Below are positions 47,123-58,037 of a stretch of DNA of 64,000 nt, in pieces. The position numbers and the translations under genes are program-made. This DNA is from Azolla caroliniana (Eukaryota; Plantae; Polypodiophyta): the NCBI GenBank assembly GCA_043228905.1, contig JBHGNT010000011.1, positions 14,694,001 to 14,758,000 on the forward strand, read 5' to 3'. Position 1 is the stretch's first letter; each line of letters starts with the position of its first letter. The notes beneath the pieces were generated by a model. The model saw only the letters and a list, made by a program, of their open reading frames with translations. It ran no database searches and had not been told where the DNA came from.

Positions 47123-50100
47123 TTACACATCCGTAGGTCCCTTCGGACCCTGACCGTTTTCCTTACGGGTTGCCGTGTCTTCCTTCGTATTTACCACGGG
47201 TTCCCCGTCGTCTTTTTCTTCCGGATCGATCCGTACCGATCCCGGACAGGTTCCTGGTGTAGTGCCGGTGAGCTGCATAAACGGGTTCTTTGGCATCGGT
47301 CCTTTATAGGGCTTTAGTCGAAATCCATTCACCCACTTGCCTAGTACTTCCCCGGCAAGTGTCCCTATCTGATAGGACCCGTTGTATTCCCGTGTCAGCC
47401 AATACGGGCCTGTCCATCTGAACCGGAGTTTACCCGGCATCTTGCCCATCCTCGTTTGGAATACTAGCACCGGCTTTCCGATTTCGAACATCTTCTCATT
47501 ACCTTTCCGGTGACGGTCAACGAACGCTTTCCGTCGTCGTTGCTCCAGTTCCATGTGTAAGATGCTGGCCAGCCGTTGCTCCTCCAATTCGCATAGTGCT
47601 GCTAGCCGTATTTCCTCCGACTTCTTTTCATTCAGCCGTTCCCGTAGTTGGATCCGTAAGCTTGGTACCTGAAACTCGACCGGCATGACCGCTTCTAAGC
47701 CGAATGCTAACCGGAACGGTGTTGTCCGGATACTTGTTTTGTATGCCGTTCTGTACGCCCATAGCGCGCTATAGAGCTTTGTGTCCCAGTCCGTCCGGTT
47801 TTCATTGACAATTTTGCGGAGAATGTTCTGCAGCGTTTTGTTGGTGGACTCTGCTAACCCGTTCGCCTGTGGGTAATACGGTGTGCTTCTTTTATGGACC
47901 ACGGCATAGAACGTTGTTAAGCTTTCCACTACCTGGCCGAGGAAGTGGCCTCCTTGGTCGCTGATTAATTCAATCGGACATCCATATCGGCACCAAATGT
48001 TTTCGTACAGGAATTTTGCTGTGGATGACGCGGTGTTGTCTCTCAGGGCCTTAGCTTCCACCCATTTAGTGCAATAATCCGTTGCCACGATGACATAACG
48101 ATTACCCGTTCTCATTGCCGGTGGCTTGAACGGTCCGACAAAATCCAACCCCCACTTCTGGAATGGCTCTAGTGGAAGTACCGGTTGGTGTGGCATCCGT
48201 GCTTGCTCCGTAGGCTGGCCCATTCGTTGGCATAGGTCACATTCCTTAGCATACTTGACGGCATCTTTTAGCGTCGTGGGCCACCATAAGCCGCTCTGCC
48301 ATACCTTTCTTGCCGTCGCTTCCCCGGCATAGTGTCCTCCGGCAACCCCACAGTGTGCTTCCCGTAAGATTACTTCTTTCTCGTCACTACGGACTGCCCG
48401 TCTCCATATTCCATCTGCTCCTTTGTGGTAGAGAGTGTCCCGTAACAGACAGAAATTGCGGCTCTGCACCGCCAGTCGTTTCCTCTCGTCCCGGTTCATT
48501 TCCTCCGGTGGCAGGCCCGTGCTTAGGAACTGGTGCATGTTTGTCAGCCATTTATCTTCTGATGCCACCGTGTCGTCCGCTGCCGTTTCCGGGGTGATAC
48601 GGAATAACTCCGCGTCCGGGAATTCATCCGCTACTCCGTCGCCTGGTTCTCCGGACTCTAACCGGCTCAGATAGTCTGCTACGGCATGCTGGATACCGGG
48701 CCGGTGGAAAATCTCGAATTCGAACTCCTGCAACAGTAAGGTCCAACGGGCCAACTTACCGGTCAGGGACGCCTTGGACACTAAGTACAGAAGCGCCGAG
48801 TGATCCACATGAAAGGAGAACTTCCTTCCCAATAGGTAGTGCCGAAACTTTGTGACACTGTAGATCATGCCGAGGGCCTCCCGTTCCGTCGTTGAATAGT
48901 TCTTCTCCGCTTGGGACAGCTTCCGGCTGGCGTAATATACCGGCCGGTACCATTTGGGCTCCGTAAGCTGCATTAAGGCGCTGCCAATAGCGATGTCGGA
49001 CGCGTCCACGAACACGTGAAATTCCTTGCTCCAATCCGGAGGCTGCACGACGGGTGCTTGCGATAAAAGTACCTTCAGGGCATTGTATGCCTTATCCTCC
49101 GTATCCGTCCATTGGAACGGTGTCCGATGTACCGCGGTGTGTAATGGTGTAGCCAAGTCAGCCAAGTGACGGAGCATCCGGCTGTGCCACCGGATCTGTC
49201 CTAAGAATCGGCTTAGTGCTTTGGCTGTTTTCGGCGCCGGTGCCCCTAGTATGGCGTTTACTTTATTCGGGTCGACCGCAATGCCCTCCTTACTTACAAT
49301 GTGTCCCAGCAATATTCCACTTGAAACTCCAAAGATGCATTTTGCTGGGTTTAAGCTTAGCCGGTATAACCTACACTTTTCAAGGCATAACCGTAGGTGC
49401 TGCAAATGGTCTTTTCCCCGGCTATAAACTGCAAAATCATCCAGGAAGACTTGCATGAAGGCAGGAATGTATTCGCCGAAGATCTCCATGATGATTCGCT
49501 GGAACGTTGCTGGTGCCGTTTTTAGGCCGAACATCATGACTTCGGCCACAAACACCCCCCATTCGGTGACGAACGTTGTCTTTTCCTGGTCGTCCGGGTG
49601 CATCCGGATTTGATTGTACCCGCTGAACCCGTCTAAAAAGCTATAAACTTCATGACCGGCGACGGCATCCAGTACTCCGTCCGTGAACGGAAGAGGGAAT
49701 GCGTCCGTAATTGTGGCGGCATTTAGTTTCCTGTAATCAACACACACACAGATTTTACCGTTCTTCTTGGGGACGACGACGATGGGGCTCAGCCACGTCG
49801 CTTTCTTTACCGGCCGGATGAAGCCCACTCTTAGGAGTTTGTCGATTTCCTCTTTTACTTTGGCGGCGTAGTTGGGGTTCATTCGGTATCGTCGTTGCGC
49901 CACTGGTTTCGCGTCCTTGCCTAAGTGGATCTGATGCTGATATAATTGAGGGTCCAGCCCTCGCATGTCTTCGTATGACCAGGCGAATACGTCGCGAAAC
50001 TCCGTGAGAAGTTTGATCATCGCCGCTTTATCTTCCGGCTTCATTTCTTTGGCGATGTGTACCGGCTTTGATTCGTCCTTGCTTCCTAGGTTCACTTCGT

Positions 50101-52927
50101 CGAGCTGGGATGCTTTTACCCGTTGGGAAACGGCCATTTCCCGTTCCAACGCTTCCTGTGCTTGCCGTAATTCCCGAATCGCATCTTTGTCTGGTTCGGC
50201 TTCAATATCGTCCCGCTGCGGCAAGTATGCGGCTACGGCTTCAGCTACGTCAATCTCGAAGAGTGGTACGATCTTCGGATGTTCCTCCAAGTACTGGGCT
50301 TCTTCGTCGTCTGCCAATCCTTCAAGCATGTTCACACATTCCGCATACAGCGGTGTACATTCCTTACCGTTGCTCGTCCGTGGTTGTGTCGGTACCCGGA
50401 CCTTGGCTTTTCCGCGCCGGAAGGTAATCATATTTTTTCGCCAATTTTGCTTGATGTGTGTTGTTTTCAACCATGGTCTGCCCAGCAGCAGTGGGTACGC
50501 GCCTTGCGCCTGTAGCTGCAGCACTACAGCCGAGATGTGAAATGTGTGACCTCCTATGGTGACTTCCAATTTCCGTATTAAGCCCGTCGGCCGTACAGAG
50601 CTCGTATCCGCCATCCGTAGCCAGAACGGACATGGCTCCCATTCATGTATACCCAAGGCATCACACGTGCGAAGGCTTATTACGTTCACTCCGGAACCTC
50701 CATCGATTACTGTGCCGGGAAGTTCGTGCCCTTTGACAATAGCTGTGATCACCGGACTACTAGTGTCCACCACCGTCGGTCCCTCCTCCGGATTCGAGAA
50801 AAGGACTGGTGCCGGTGGAGCTATACCGTCTGTCATGACCGTTTTTAGTCCTTCTGTGAATCGCGGCACGAGCTGCAAGAGTCTTCCTAATGGTAACGTG
50901 ATCTGACATTCTTGTAGTGCTTGCCATGTCTCGTTTTCTGGGTGGCTACCGCCGGCACTCCCTATGGTCTTCGCCTTTTGCCGTTCCGCGTCCGCGACGT
51001 TTCTTTCATTGGCTTCCTTCACCCATTCCGTCGCCTGTTTTCGTATGGCCTCTTGTGTTTCCCATTCTTTGGCCATGCCTTTCGACCGTGTGGTTACTTG
51101 CTGTAAATCCGCCACTTCCGGAACCACCATATTAACTGTTGGTCGTTTCTCGTAGCTCTTTACCGGGCACTGGTTACTGTAGTGGCCTTCCTGCCTGCTG
51201 TAGTAGCAGTACTCTTTACGGGTATTGCTGGATTCAGCATTGCTGTTAGCCGGAGTCGGTCCCGTAGCGAGTGGTGCGTTCTGTCCCGGTTGGCTCCTTG
51301 GGGTTCCATGTTCCGGTTCCCTTGGGTGACCACCTTTCTTGAAATTACGTTTCTTATTATTCTTATGTTTATTTCGGTAGTCCGGTCGTGGTGGATCGTA
51401 AAATCGGCCGTAGTCCTCCTGGTGCCTTCGGTAACCAGGGGAATGGTCTCTGTCGTATTGCTCGTGTCGCCTGTTGGGCTCTCGATAACGGTCCGATCGC
51501 TCATACCGGTCGTAGTTATCACGCCGATTCCCGTACCGGCCATCATTCTCTTGCCTGTCTCCGTACCGGACATCCTGTGCTGGTCGGTACCGGTTCATTT
51601 TTTGCCAACGATCTTCATCTTCGTCTTGGCTACTTCTTGGCTCGATCCGTCGGACGGGTGGTGCTTGTCGGTTTAACAGGTTATACTCGCACCGGTCCGT
51701 TGTATGACTCTTGGATTGACAAATCACACACTGAGTGCGCATGGTGCACTCTACTGCCGAGTGTCCGGCATTCAAGCAGATTGTGCATTGAATTGCCTGC
51801 CGGAACCGGAGATCTTCCTCGGTGGGTAACGCCCGTTGCAGTGTTCCCAGCGTAAGCCATGAGCTTGTCTTTTCCATCTCTCTGACCCGGTCAATGACCT
51901 GATCGATGGTGCATCCTCGAAAGTCGATCACCGTACACACCGTGCGTAACGGTTCCCGGAGTGCGTTTAAAAATATCGTCCGTAATTCCTCCTCCGGGGG
52001 TGCACGGGCAAGCTGGCTATGCATTCGTTGGAAACGGATGACGAATTGGGGAATGCTTTCCCCTGCCTCCTGCCGGATCGTATAAAACAAGCCCACCATT
52101 GTCGTCTGGTCGACCTCCTTGTGGAAAAAATGCAAGAATTTTGCTTTTAATTCTGCGAATGTTGTGATGGTCGCCGGGTCCTGCGACCGCCGCCATCGTG
52201 TCGCTGGTCCCTCCAACGTGACTCCGAATTCCGCTATCTTCGAGCGTTCTTCTTCCTCCGGTGTCATTCGCTGGGATGTGTGATTTGCTTCCCATGTCTG
52301 CTCGAAGTCATCCACATGCGCTTCCGCATCCGGATCATCGCGGTACTTTGAGTATTGGAACGGCATGTCGTCGTCCAGTATTAAGCCGCGGTTTAGTGGC
52401 GTTTGTTGATATTTTTCCGGTTCTTTCTCCGGTTCTTTTGCCGGTCCTTTTTCCGGTTCTTTTCCCGGCTCTTCTTCCACTTCCGGTGTTGGTGGGTTGA
52501 CGGCTTCCGTTTGCGGTTCCGGATAGCCCTGGTTGAGCGGTTCCGGTTCTGGAGTCGGCACGGTATCCGACCCGTCGTCTTCCGGGCCGCCGGGGGTATC
52601 GTTGCTGCTCCGGTAGTTCGTGTGCACGCTGTATCCCCCTTCGGAATCCGATTCGTAGGCTGAAAAGGCTTCTGCCTCGTTTTCTCCGCTTGCCAGCGCC
52701 TCCAGGAGTCGTTCGGTTTCCCGGAGACTACTTAGACTGCTTCCGTCGTCCTGGTCGCGAGTTTGCCGTAACCGGAGAGATTCCTCCGCGACTCTCCGGA
52801 TCTCGTTGGAGAACGAACGATCCGAGCGAATTTCCTGCGCTGCTTGCTGGAAAGTCTCACGCCGTCTTTGCCGTTCGGCGATGCGTCGAGCTCGGTCTGT
52901 AACCAAGTCGTGCGTTGGTCTAGTCAT
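47123..52927 (-). CDS. Uninterrupted gag-pol polyprotein, 1934 aa
   Basis: Retrotrans-gag; knuckles CTICLNAGHSAVEC and CVICQSKSHTTDRC; PR VIDGGSGVN; RT FLDGFSGYNQI and FLDD; RH VDASD; INT GGH..CDLCQ, WGLDFVGP, SDQGGHF, QANGLAE, WTGPY. Confidence 0.97.
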   Translation of the reverse strand: MTRPTHDLVTDRARRIAERQRRRETFQQAAQEIRSDRSFSNEIRRVAEESLRLRQTRDQDDGSSLSSLRETERLLEALASGENEAEAFSAYESDSEGGYSVHTNYRSSNDTPGGPEDDGSDTVPTPEPEPLNQGYPEPQTEAVNPPTPEVEEEPGKEPEKGPAKEPEKEPEKYQQTPLNRGLILDDDMPFQYSKYRDDPDAEAHVDDFEQTWEANHTSQRMTPEEEERSKIAEFGVTLEGPATRWRRSQDPATITTFAELKAKFLHFFHKEVDQTTMVGLFYTIRQEAGESIPQFVIRFQRMHSQLARAPPEEELRTIFLNALREPLRTVCTVIDFRGCTIDQVIDRVREMEKTSSWLTLGTLQRALPTEEDLRFRQAIQCTICLNAGHSAVECTMRTQCVICQSKSHTTDRCEYNLLNRQAPPVRRIEPRSSQDEDEDRWQKMNRYRPAQDVRYGDRQENDGRYGNRRDNYDRYERSDRYREPNRRHEQYDRDHSPGYRRHQEDYGRFYDPPRPDYRNKHKNNKKRNFKKGGHPREPEHGTPRSQPGQNAPLATGPTPANSNAESSNTRKEYCYYSRQEGHYSNQCPVKSYEKRPTVNMVVPEVADLQQVTTRSKGMAKEWETQEAIRKQATEWVKEANERNVADAERQKAKTIGSAGGSHPENETWQALQECQITLPLGRLLQLVPRFTEGLKTVMTDGIAPPAPVLFSNPEEGPTVVDTSSPVITAIVKGHELPGTVIDGGSGVNVISLRTCDALGIHEWEPCPFWLRMADTSSVRPTGLIRKLEVTIGGHTFHISAVVLQLQAQGAYPLLLGRPWLKTTHIKQNWRKNMITFRRGKAKVRVPTQPRTSNGKECTPLYAECVNMLEGLADDEEAQYLEEHPKIVPLFEIDVAEAVAAYLPQRDDIEAEPDKDAIRELRQAQEALEREMAVSQRVKASQLDEVNLGSKDESKPVHIAKEMKPEDKAAMIKLLTEFRDVFAWSYEDMRGLDPQLYQHQIHLGKDAKPVAQRRYRMNPNYAAKVKEEIDKLLRVGFIRPVKKATWLSPIVVVPKKNGKICVCVDYRKLNAATITDAFPLPFTDGVLDAVAGHEVYSFLDGFSGYNQIRMHPDDQEKTTFVTEWGVFVAEVMMFGLKTAPATFQRIIMEIFGEYIPAFMQVFLDDFAVYSRGKDHLQHLRLCLEKCRLYRLSLNPAKCIFGVSSGILLGHIVSKEGIAVDPNKVNAILGAPAPKTAKALSRFLGQIRWHSRMLRHLADLATPLHTAVHRTPFQWTDTEDKAYNALKVLLSQAPVVQPPDWSKEFHVFVDASDIAIGSALMQLTEPKWYRPVYYASRKLSQAEKNYSTTEREALGMIYSVTKFRHYLLGRKFSFHVDHSALLYLVSKASLTGKLARWTLLLQEFEFEIFHRPGIQHAVADYLSRLESGEPGDGVADEFPDAELFRITPETAADDTVASEDKWLTNMHQFLSTGLPPEEMNRDERKRLAVQSRNFCLLRDTLYHKGADGIWRRAVRSDEKEVILREAHCGVAGGHYAGEATARKVWQSGLWWPTTLKDAVKYAKECDLCQRMGQPTEQARMPHQPVLPLEPFQKWGLDFVGPFKPPAMRTGNRYVIVATDYCTKWVEAKALRDNTASSTAKFLYENIWCRYGCPIELISDQGGHFLGQVVESLTTFYAVVHKRSTPYYPQANGLAESTNKTLQNILRKIVNENRTDWDTKLYSALWAYRTAYKTSIRTTPFRLAFGLEAVMPVEFQVPSLRIQLRERLNEKKSEEIRLAALCELEEQRLASILHMELEQRRRKAFVDRHRKGNEKMFEIGKPVLVFQTRMGKMPGKLRFRWTGPYWLTREYNGSYQIGTLAGEVLGKWVNGFRLKPYKGPMPKNPFMQLTGTTPGTCPGSVRIDPEEKDDGEPVVNTKEDTATRKENGQGPKGPTDV

Positions 52928-54588
52928 CCATTACCGTCGTTCGCTGCGAGAAAGCAGGAATCGTGGTCGCCAAAACTGTGTTATTCTCTTAGCCGGACAA
53001 GGCCTAACACAAGGTGTCACGGAGACACTTCACCAAAGGGTGATTACGGCATAGGATTAAGATTCAACGATTACACCGACTTACGTAGGTTACACGATTA
53101 GATTGCTTTGGTTAATTACACGCGTAAGATATAACAGTAATTACAGAACGGAAATCAAGACAGAAGTATAAACATCAGAATCTCTATTAATTATCCGCTG
53201 TCATTACAATGGGGTCCGGGCCTTTAAATAGGTTTCCGGCCCGTAGTACAAAACGGTGCCTCTCGCACCTATTCGGGATCCGTCCGGATCTGGAACGGCA
53301 TACCGTTTCCAGTCCGTCCGTCCACACTATGCTCATTTACAACCATATCTAATTAATTCCTTCACTCCGTATTTTGGACTCCTTGCCGGCCGGTAACAAA
53401 GTCAAGGGGGAGGCCCACTTGCTTTTATTGCGAAATGTCGGGGCACTTCCAAAATAATTGCCGACACTTCCGGAAGGAGAAAGGAACCGACAATACTGAC
53501 TCAAAGAAGGGTTCGGACCAAAGAAGTTCAGATCGGAAAGGAACGTCGTCAATCGCGACAAGCAAGGAAGAACTATTGCTCATCACCGAGGAGAGCGAGC
53601 TACATCTTGTCAGCGATGAAACGATATGGGTGGTCGACTCCGGCGCGTCGTTCCATCTGACCCCCGATCGAAAGTGCTTCTCATCTCACAGAGCCGGAGA
53701 TCACGGTTCTTTCCGGATGGGAAATGAAGGTGCGTGCGGAATTGTCAGCATAGGAGACGTCTGGTTGACGACATCAACCGGGTGCAAGTTGTTGTTGAAA
53801 GATGTATGACACGTTCTAGAGGTTCGGTTGAACCTGATATCAACCAGTCGGCTAGATAATGAAGGCTACATGGGTAGCATCCGGAACGGAATCATGAAGT
53901 TTTGCAAAGGAAGCCTGATCATGGTTCGAGCCTAGAAGAACAACACACTCTACCTTATGCATGCCCGGATTTGCCGGGAGAAAGTGAACGTAGCATCCGA
54001 CACTACTGGTGAACTATAGCACAAGAGGTTATGCCACATGAGCCAGAAGGGAATGCGGAGACTTGCTGAGGACAACCTCATTCCGGAGGTGAAAGACGTG
54101 TAGCTTGAGAGATGCACTGACTGCTTGGCCGGCAAGCAAAACCAAACCTCCTTTCGGACAAGACCGCCAATGAGATAGACCACTAGAGCTTGTGCATACC
54201 AATGTATGCCAGGTGGAAACGAAGTCACATGATGGGTCGCAGTACTTCGTGACGTGGATGACCACAACCAGAAGTTATGGGTCTCACCGCTAAAGACAAA
54301 GGACCAGGTATTAACCATCTTCAAGGAATTCCATGCAAGAGTGGAAAGGGAAACCTGCCGGAAGCTGAAGGTGGTTTGAGCAGACAACGAAGCCGAATAC
54401 CAAGGGCAATTTGAGGAGTATTGCTAGTCGAAGGCAATCTGGCTCGAAGACACCGGAGCTGAACGGAGTGACCGAAAGGATGAACCGGAGCATGCTTGCA
54501 CATACTAGGTTATCCAAGACGTTTTGGGTTGAGGCACTAATGACGGCGACCTATGTGATAAACAAATCACCCTCAACACCCTTGGACG

Positions 54589-56490
54589 TGTCATGATGAC
54601 ACTCACATCATGCCTCGAAAGGATTTGAACCCATGACCTTGTTGTACACATGTCAAATCCTTAACCATTGTATTAATATTCTTATATGTATAGTTTTTAG
54701 AATATATAATCTAATATCATAGGAATATTCTATATTACTCTACATTCTAGAATAACCTAGAATATTCTAGAGTGTTCTATACACTAGAACCTTCTAGAAT
54801 ACTCTAGAAACCTTCTAGATTATAATCTCTACATTCTAGGATGACCTAGAATATTCTAGAGTGTCTATTACTTATAAATAGGGATCTATCAATCATCCCA
54901 AACCTAAATTGGTTCAACGCCATTTTGTAGCACTCTATTGCCTACTCCTTGTAATCCATTTTACTCTGCAATACAATATTTCCCTTTCTCTCTCTTTCTT
55001 TCTCTCTCTCTCTTTGTCTTGACAATTTGAACCTTTTTTTTTCATTTCTTCCTCTTCCACAAACCCTAACAAGTTCTCTTCTTCCTTCTCCTCTCCCCTC
55101 GTAAGGTATGGAGTCTGTGAGCAAACAAGAGTATATGCGTGTTCTTTCTGAGCTCGACATGCTCACTAATAAATTTGTGGCATTAGAGCATGAAAATCAA
55201 AGGCTACTTGGAGACCTACAACATGTGAGCGCCAAAAAAGCTCAATAATATGAAGAATTATCACAACGGGTTCACCAACTCGAGGCAACTATATTATCAT
55301 TACGTGAACAAGCGTCAGGGGCTCAGAACTCCCCTACAGAACCAAGGATTAGCCTCCCCGCCAAGTTTGATGATACAAGGTCTTTATTTCAAGGCTTTTT
55401 GAATCAAGTTCATCTGGTTATTCGGCTACATCCCAATCAGTATCCAACTAACGCTGCTCGTGTGGGATTAGTGGGAACTTTGCTATGCGGTACGACGTTA
55501 GCATGGTTCGCACCACTTCTCGAGAAGAAATCACCATTGTTGGAGGATTTCAAGGCATTTGTTAAGGAGTTTCAAGCTAGTTTCGTAGACAGCGACAACA
55601 CTAGGACATCGATAAACAAGATTCGAAGGCTCCGACAAGGAGATCGTCCCACGTCGGCTTACGCAGCTGATTTTCATCTCTTGGCATGCGATATCCCTTG
55701 GGATGAGGCGGCCTTAATGGATCAATTCTGTCAAGGTTTGCGAAATGATGTCAAAGATCTTCTTCTAACTTTCCCTGAAGATCCGAAGTCACTTACAGAG
55801 GCCATTAGTCGAGCCATGCGATGTGATAATCGCCTATTTGAGCGACATTCTGAGCGCCAACAAATGTTACGTTGCCAACCATAACAGACTTACGCTTCCG
55901 TAGTCGCAACGCCTCCACAAGTCTCCAGACCCATTACAAGGGATGGCCCAACTCCGATGGAAATAGAGTCAACACAACGTCATGGGCCTTTATCAAATGC
56001 TGAGAAGCAACGTTGTCGAGCGCATCGCCTATGCCTATATTGTGGCAATCTAGGACATATAGCTATAACTTGTCCACATAAACCTAGATGTCAAGTATAC
56101 CAAGTAAGGTCCCATGACAACCCTACTTCGAGTTCCATTGTTACTTCTAATAACATAAGTAAGCCTCATAGTCCATGCAATGAAAATAGATTCGATGTCT
56201 TGCGCCAATTAGAGGATGTGTTAAACGAGTAAGTCCGGTCAAAATAGGAGTCATTTGGTTGGACCATCCTAGCTATGTAGAGTTAGTTCCTAGTCGTGGT
56301 TCCATTTCATCAAATCAAGTGAGTCAAGTTTTTTCTGCACAAGTCGAGCTTACCACATCTACATGTCATCAAGTCCTAGCCTCTACCCTCCTAGATTTTG
56401 GAGCCAACTCATGGTGAATATGCCTTGTCACAAAACATCCTCTTGAATAAGCTCCCAAGCCCAGTAGACGTAGGATTCATCGATGGCCGT
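54589..56490 (+). mobile_element. Tcn1-like chromovirus copy (5' LTR, gag, protease start), cut by a family A insertion
   Basis: LTR 54589-55024 (TGTCATG...TTGACA; TATAAATA 54873); gag 55108-56232 homologous to 10501-11628. Confidence 0.9.
54610..54676 (-). promoter_or_regulatory. tRNA-like Pol III module antisense in LTR U3
   Basis: Minus strand TAATACAATGGTTAAG...AAGGTCATGGGTTCAAATCC (consensus B box). Confidence 0.65.
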
Positions 56491-57333
56491 TGTCGCGTTG
56501 TTACGTGCGTACGTGTAGAAAGGGGCGGGACCACAGGGGTCTTGGACCGAGGAGTGAGAGAGGGAGAGTGAGAGAGAGAGAGAGATTCACCGACCCGTAG
56601 AAGCGAGAAAGAGAGATATAGAACGTAACACTTAATTATAATGACAAGAGATTACAAACTTCGACAGTTACAACCGACAAAGCGGCGACAGACCCGACAC
56701 GGGGACCCTACTCACGCACACCGACGACAGTCACACGACTCAAAGAAAGAAAGGGGGAAAGGGAGCAACTCTACTGGAAGCACACGGGCTGTCAACGAAA
56801 CAGAGGCAGCGACCTCCCGACACCCGCAGAGAGCGACGATTCGAGTCGAAGAGAGAGAGCTCCCTCCTTCCGTTCTGCAGCAACCCCTCTTCCTTTCCCA
56901 ACGCGCGATACCCGTTTTCCCTTGTCCTCTTCCCTTTATTCCCTGTCCCTCTGACCGGGATACGCACAATCCCCCCCCTAATAAATGTGTGCGGCTTCGT
57001 ATTTACATCCACCGGTTCGTGTACAAATAACAAGTCACACGTCCATCCGTGTAAGGGCCGGTTTACGCGCTTTCTCTCTAATTCCGCCTATGGCCGGTTT
57101 ACTTCATGACATCCACCCCCACCAAACCGCGCATCCACCGGTATGCGCCAGAGACGGGTAGATATCGAAGAAACCCGGCCTCACTCGTTGCTCTCCGATT
57201 CTCCGCCGGACCCGAACTGATCGTCGTTGTCGCTCCCGCTCGCAGGCTCCAGCTCGTCTTCGAACCGCTTTTTGAAAGCTTTGATCTGCTTTCCGGCCAC
57301 CGGCACCGCTAACCGTGTCCCGTCGAGTTCCGC

Positions 57334-58037
57334 TGTCGTAGTGTATTCCACACACTACGTGAAAACCATAAAATAATATATCCGATTTTAGATACATATA
57401 AGTAAATAAATAATATATCAAAAGAATTTATCACATGCATAGGGCAAGATTTGAACCATGCACCTCCATGTAGATAAACCCCAACTTTACCATTGTAATA
57501 ACTTATCTTTAGTGTTATAAATATAGATTTAATACGTATAAGACCTTTATTTACACATAACTTTATTAAAAAGTAAAAATCATGTATTCTTTAGAGTGTG
57601 AATATTTTATTTACACGTGACATTAAAAGTGACTCATGCACATCTAGCGTGCATGAGCCCTATATTTAGGAAATGACAAAGCATCACATGCACATTTAGT
57701 GTGCATGGACACTTTAGGTGAAAAAGCATGAAGCCATGCTTAGCCTCTTCCATCTTTATATAAGGAGGAGAGAAATATGTATAAGGTTGTTGATTAATAT
57801 ACAAGGATTGATCAATCTAATATATTCGTGGGATTCACGAATTTTGCCATCTAAATTACTCTTATAATCTAAATATTGTTTAAATACACTAAACTCGTGG
57901 GATTCACGAGATTGCTATCTTACTTCTCTTTCTACTATTCATAACTAGCCTTAAGTTGTATTCCTCTTCCTCCTAGTCCAAAACCTCGACGGTTCCCACC
58001 CGACTCACGCAACGATCCGGAGCCGAAAGGCGCGACA
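57334..58037. mobile_element. AT-rich solo LTR of another family nested in the integrase of copy 3
   Basis: TGTCG...CGACA, exact TSD CCGC (57330-57333 and 58038-58041); TATATAA near 57757. Confidence 0.9.
57438..57503 (-). promoter_or_regulatory. tRNA-like Pol III module in the solo LTR
   Basis: Minus strand GTTATTACAATGGTAAAG...GAGGTGCATGGTTCAAATCTT. Confidence 0.55.

Larger units (their letters stand above)
43570..53398 (-). mobile_element. Full-length, very recent non-chromovirus (Athila/Tat-like) Ty3/Gypsy with an extra ORF
   Basis: 420-bp LTRs 43570-43989 and 52979-53398 identical by eye; 5-bp TSD AAGTC; PBS TGGCGACCAC (52963-52972, tRNA-Arg-like). Confidence 0.97.
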
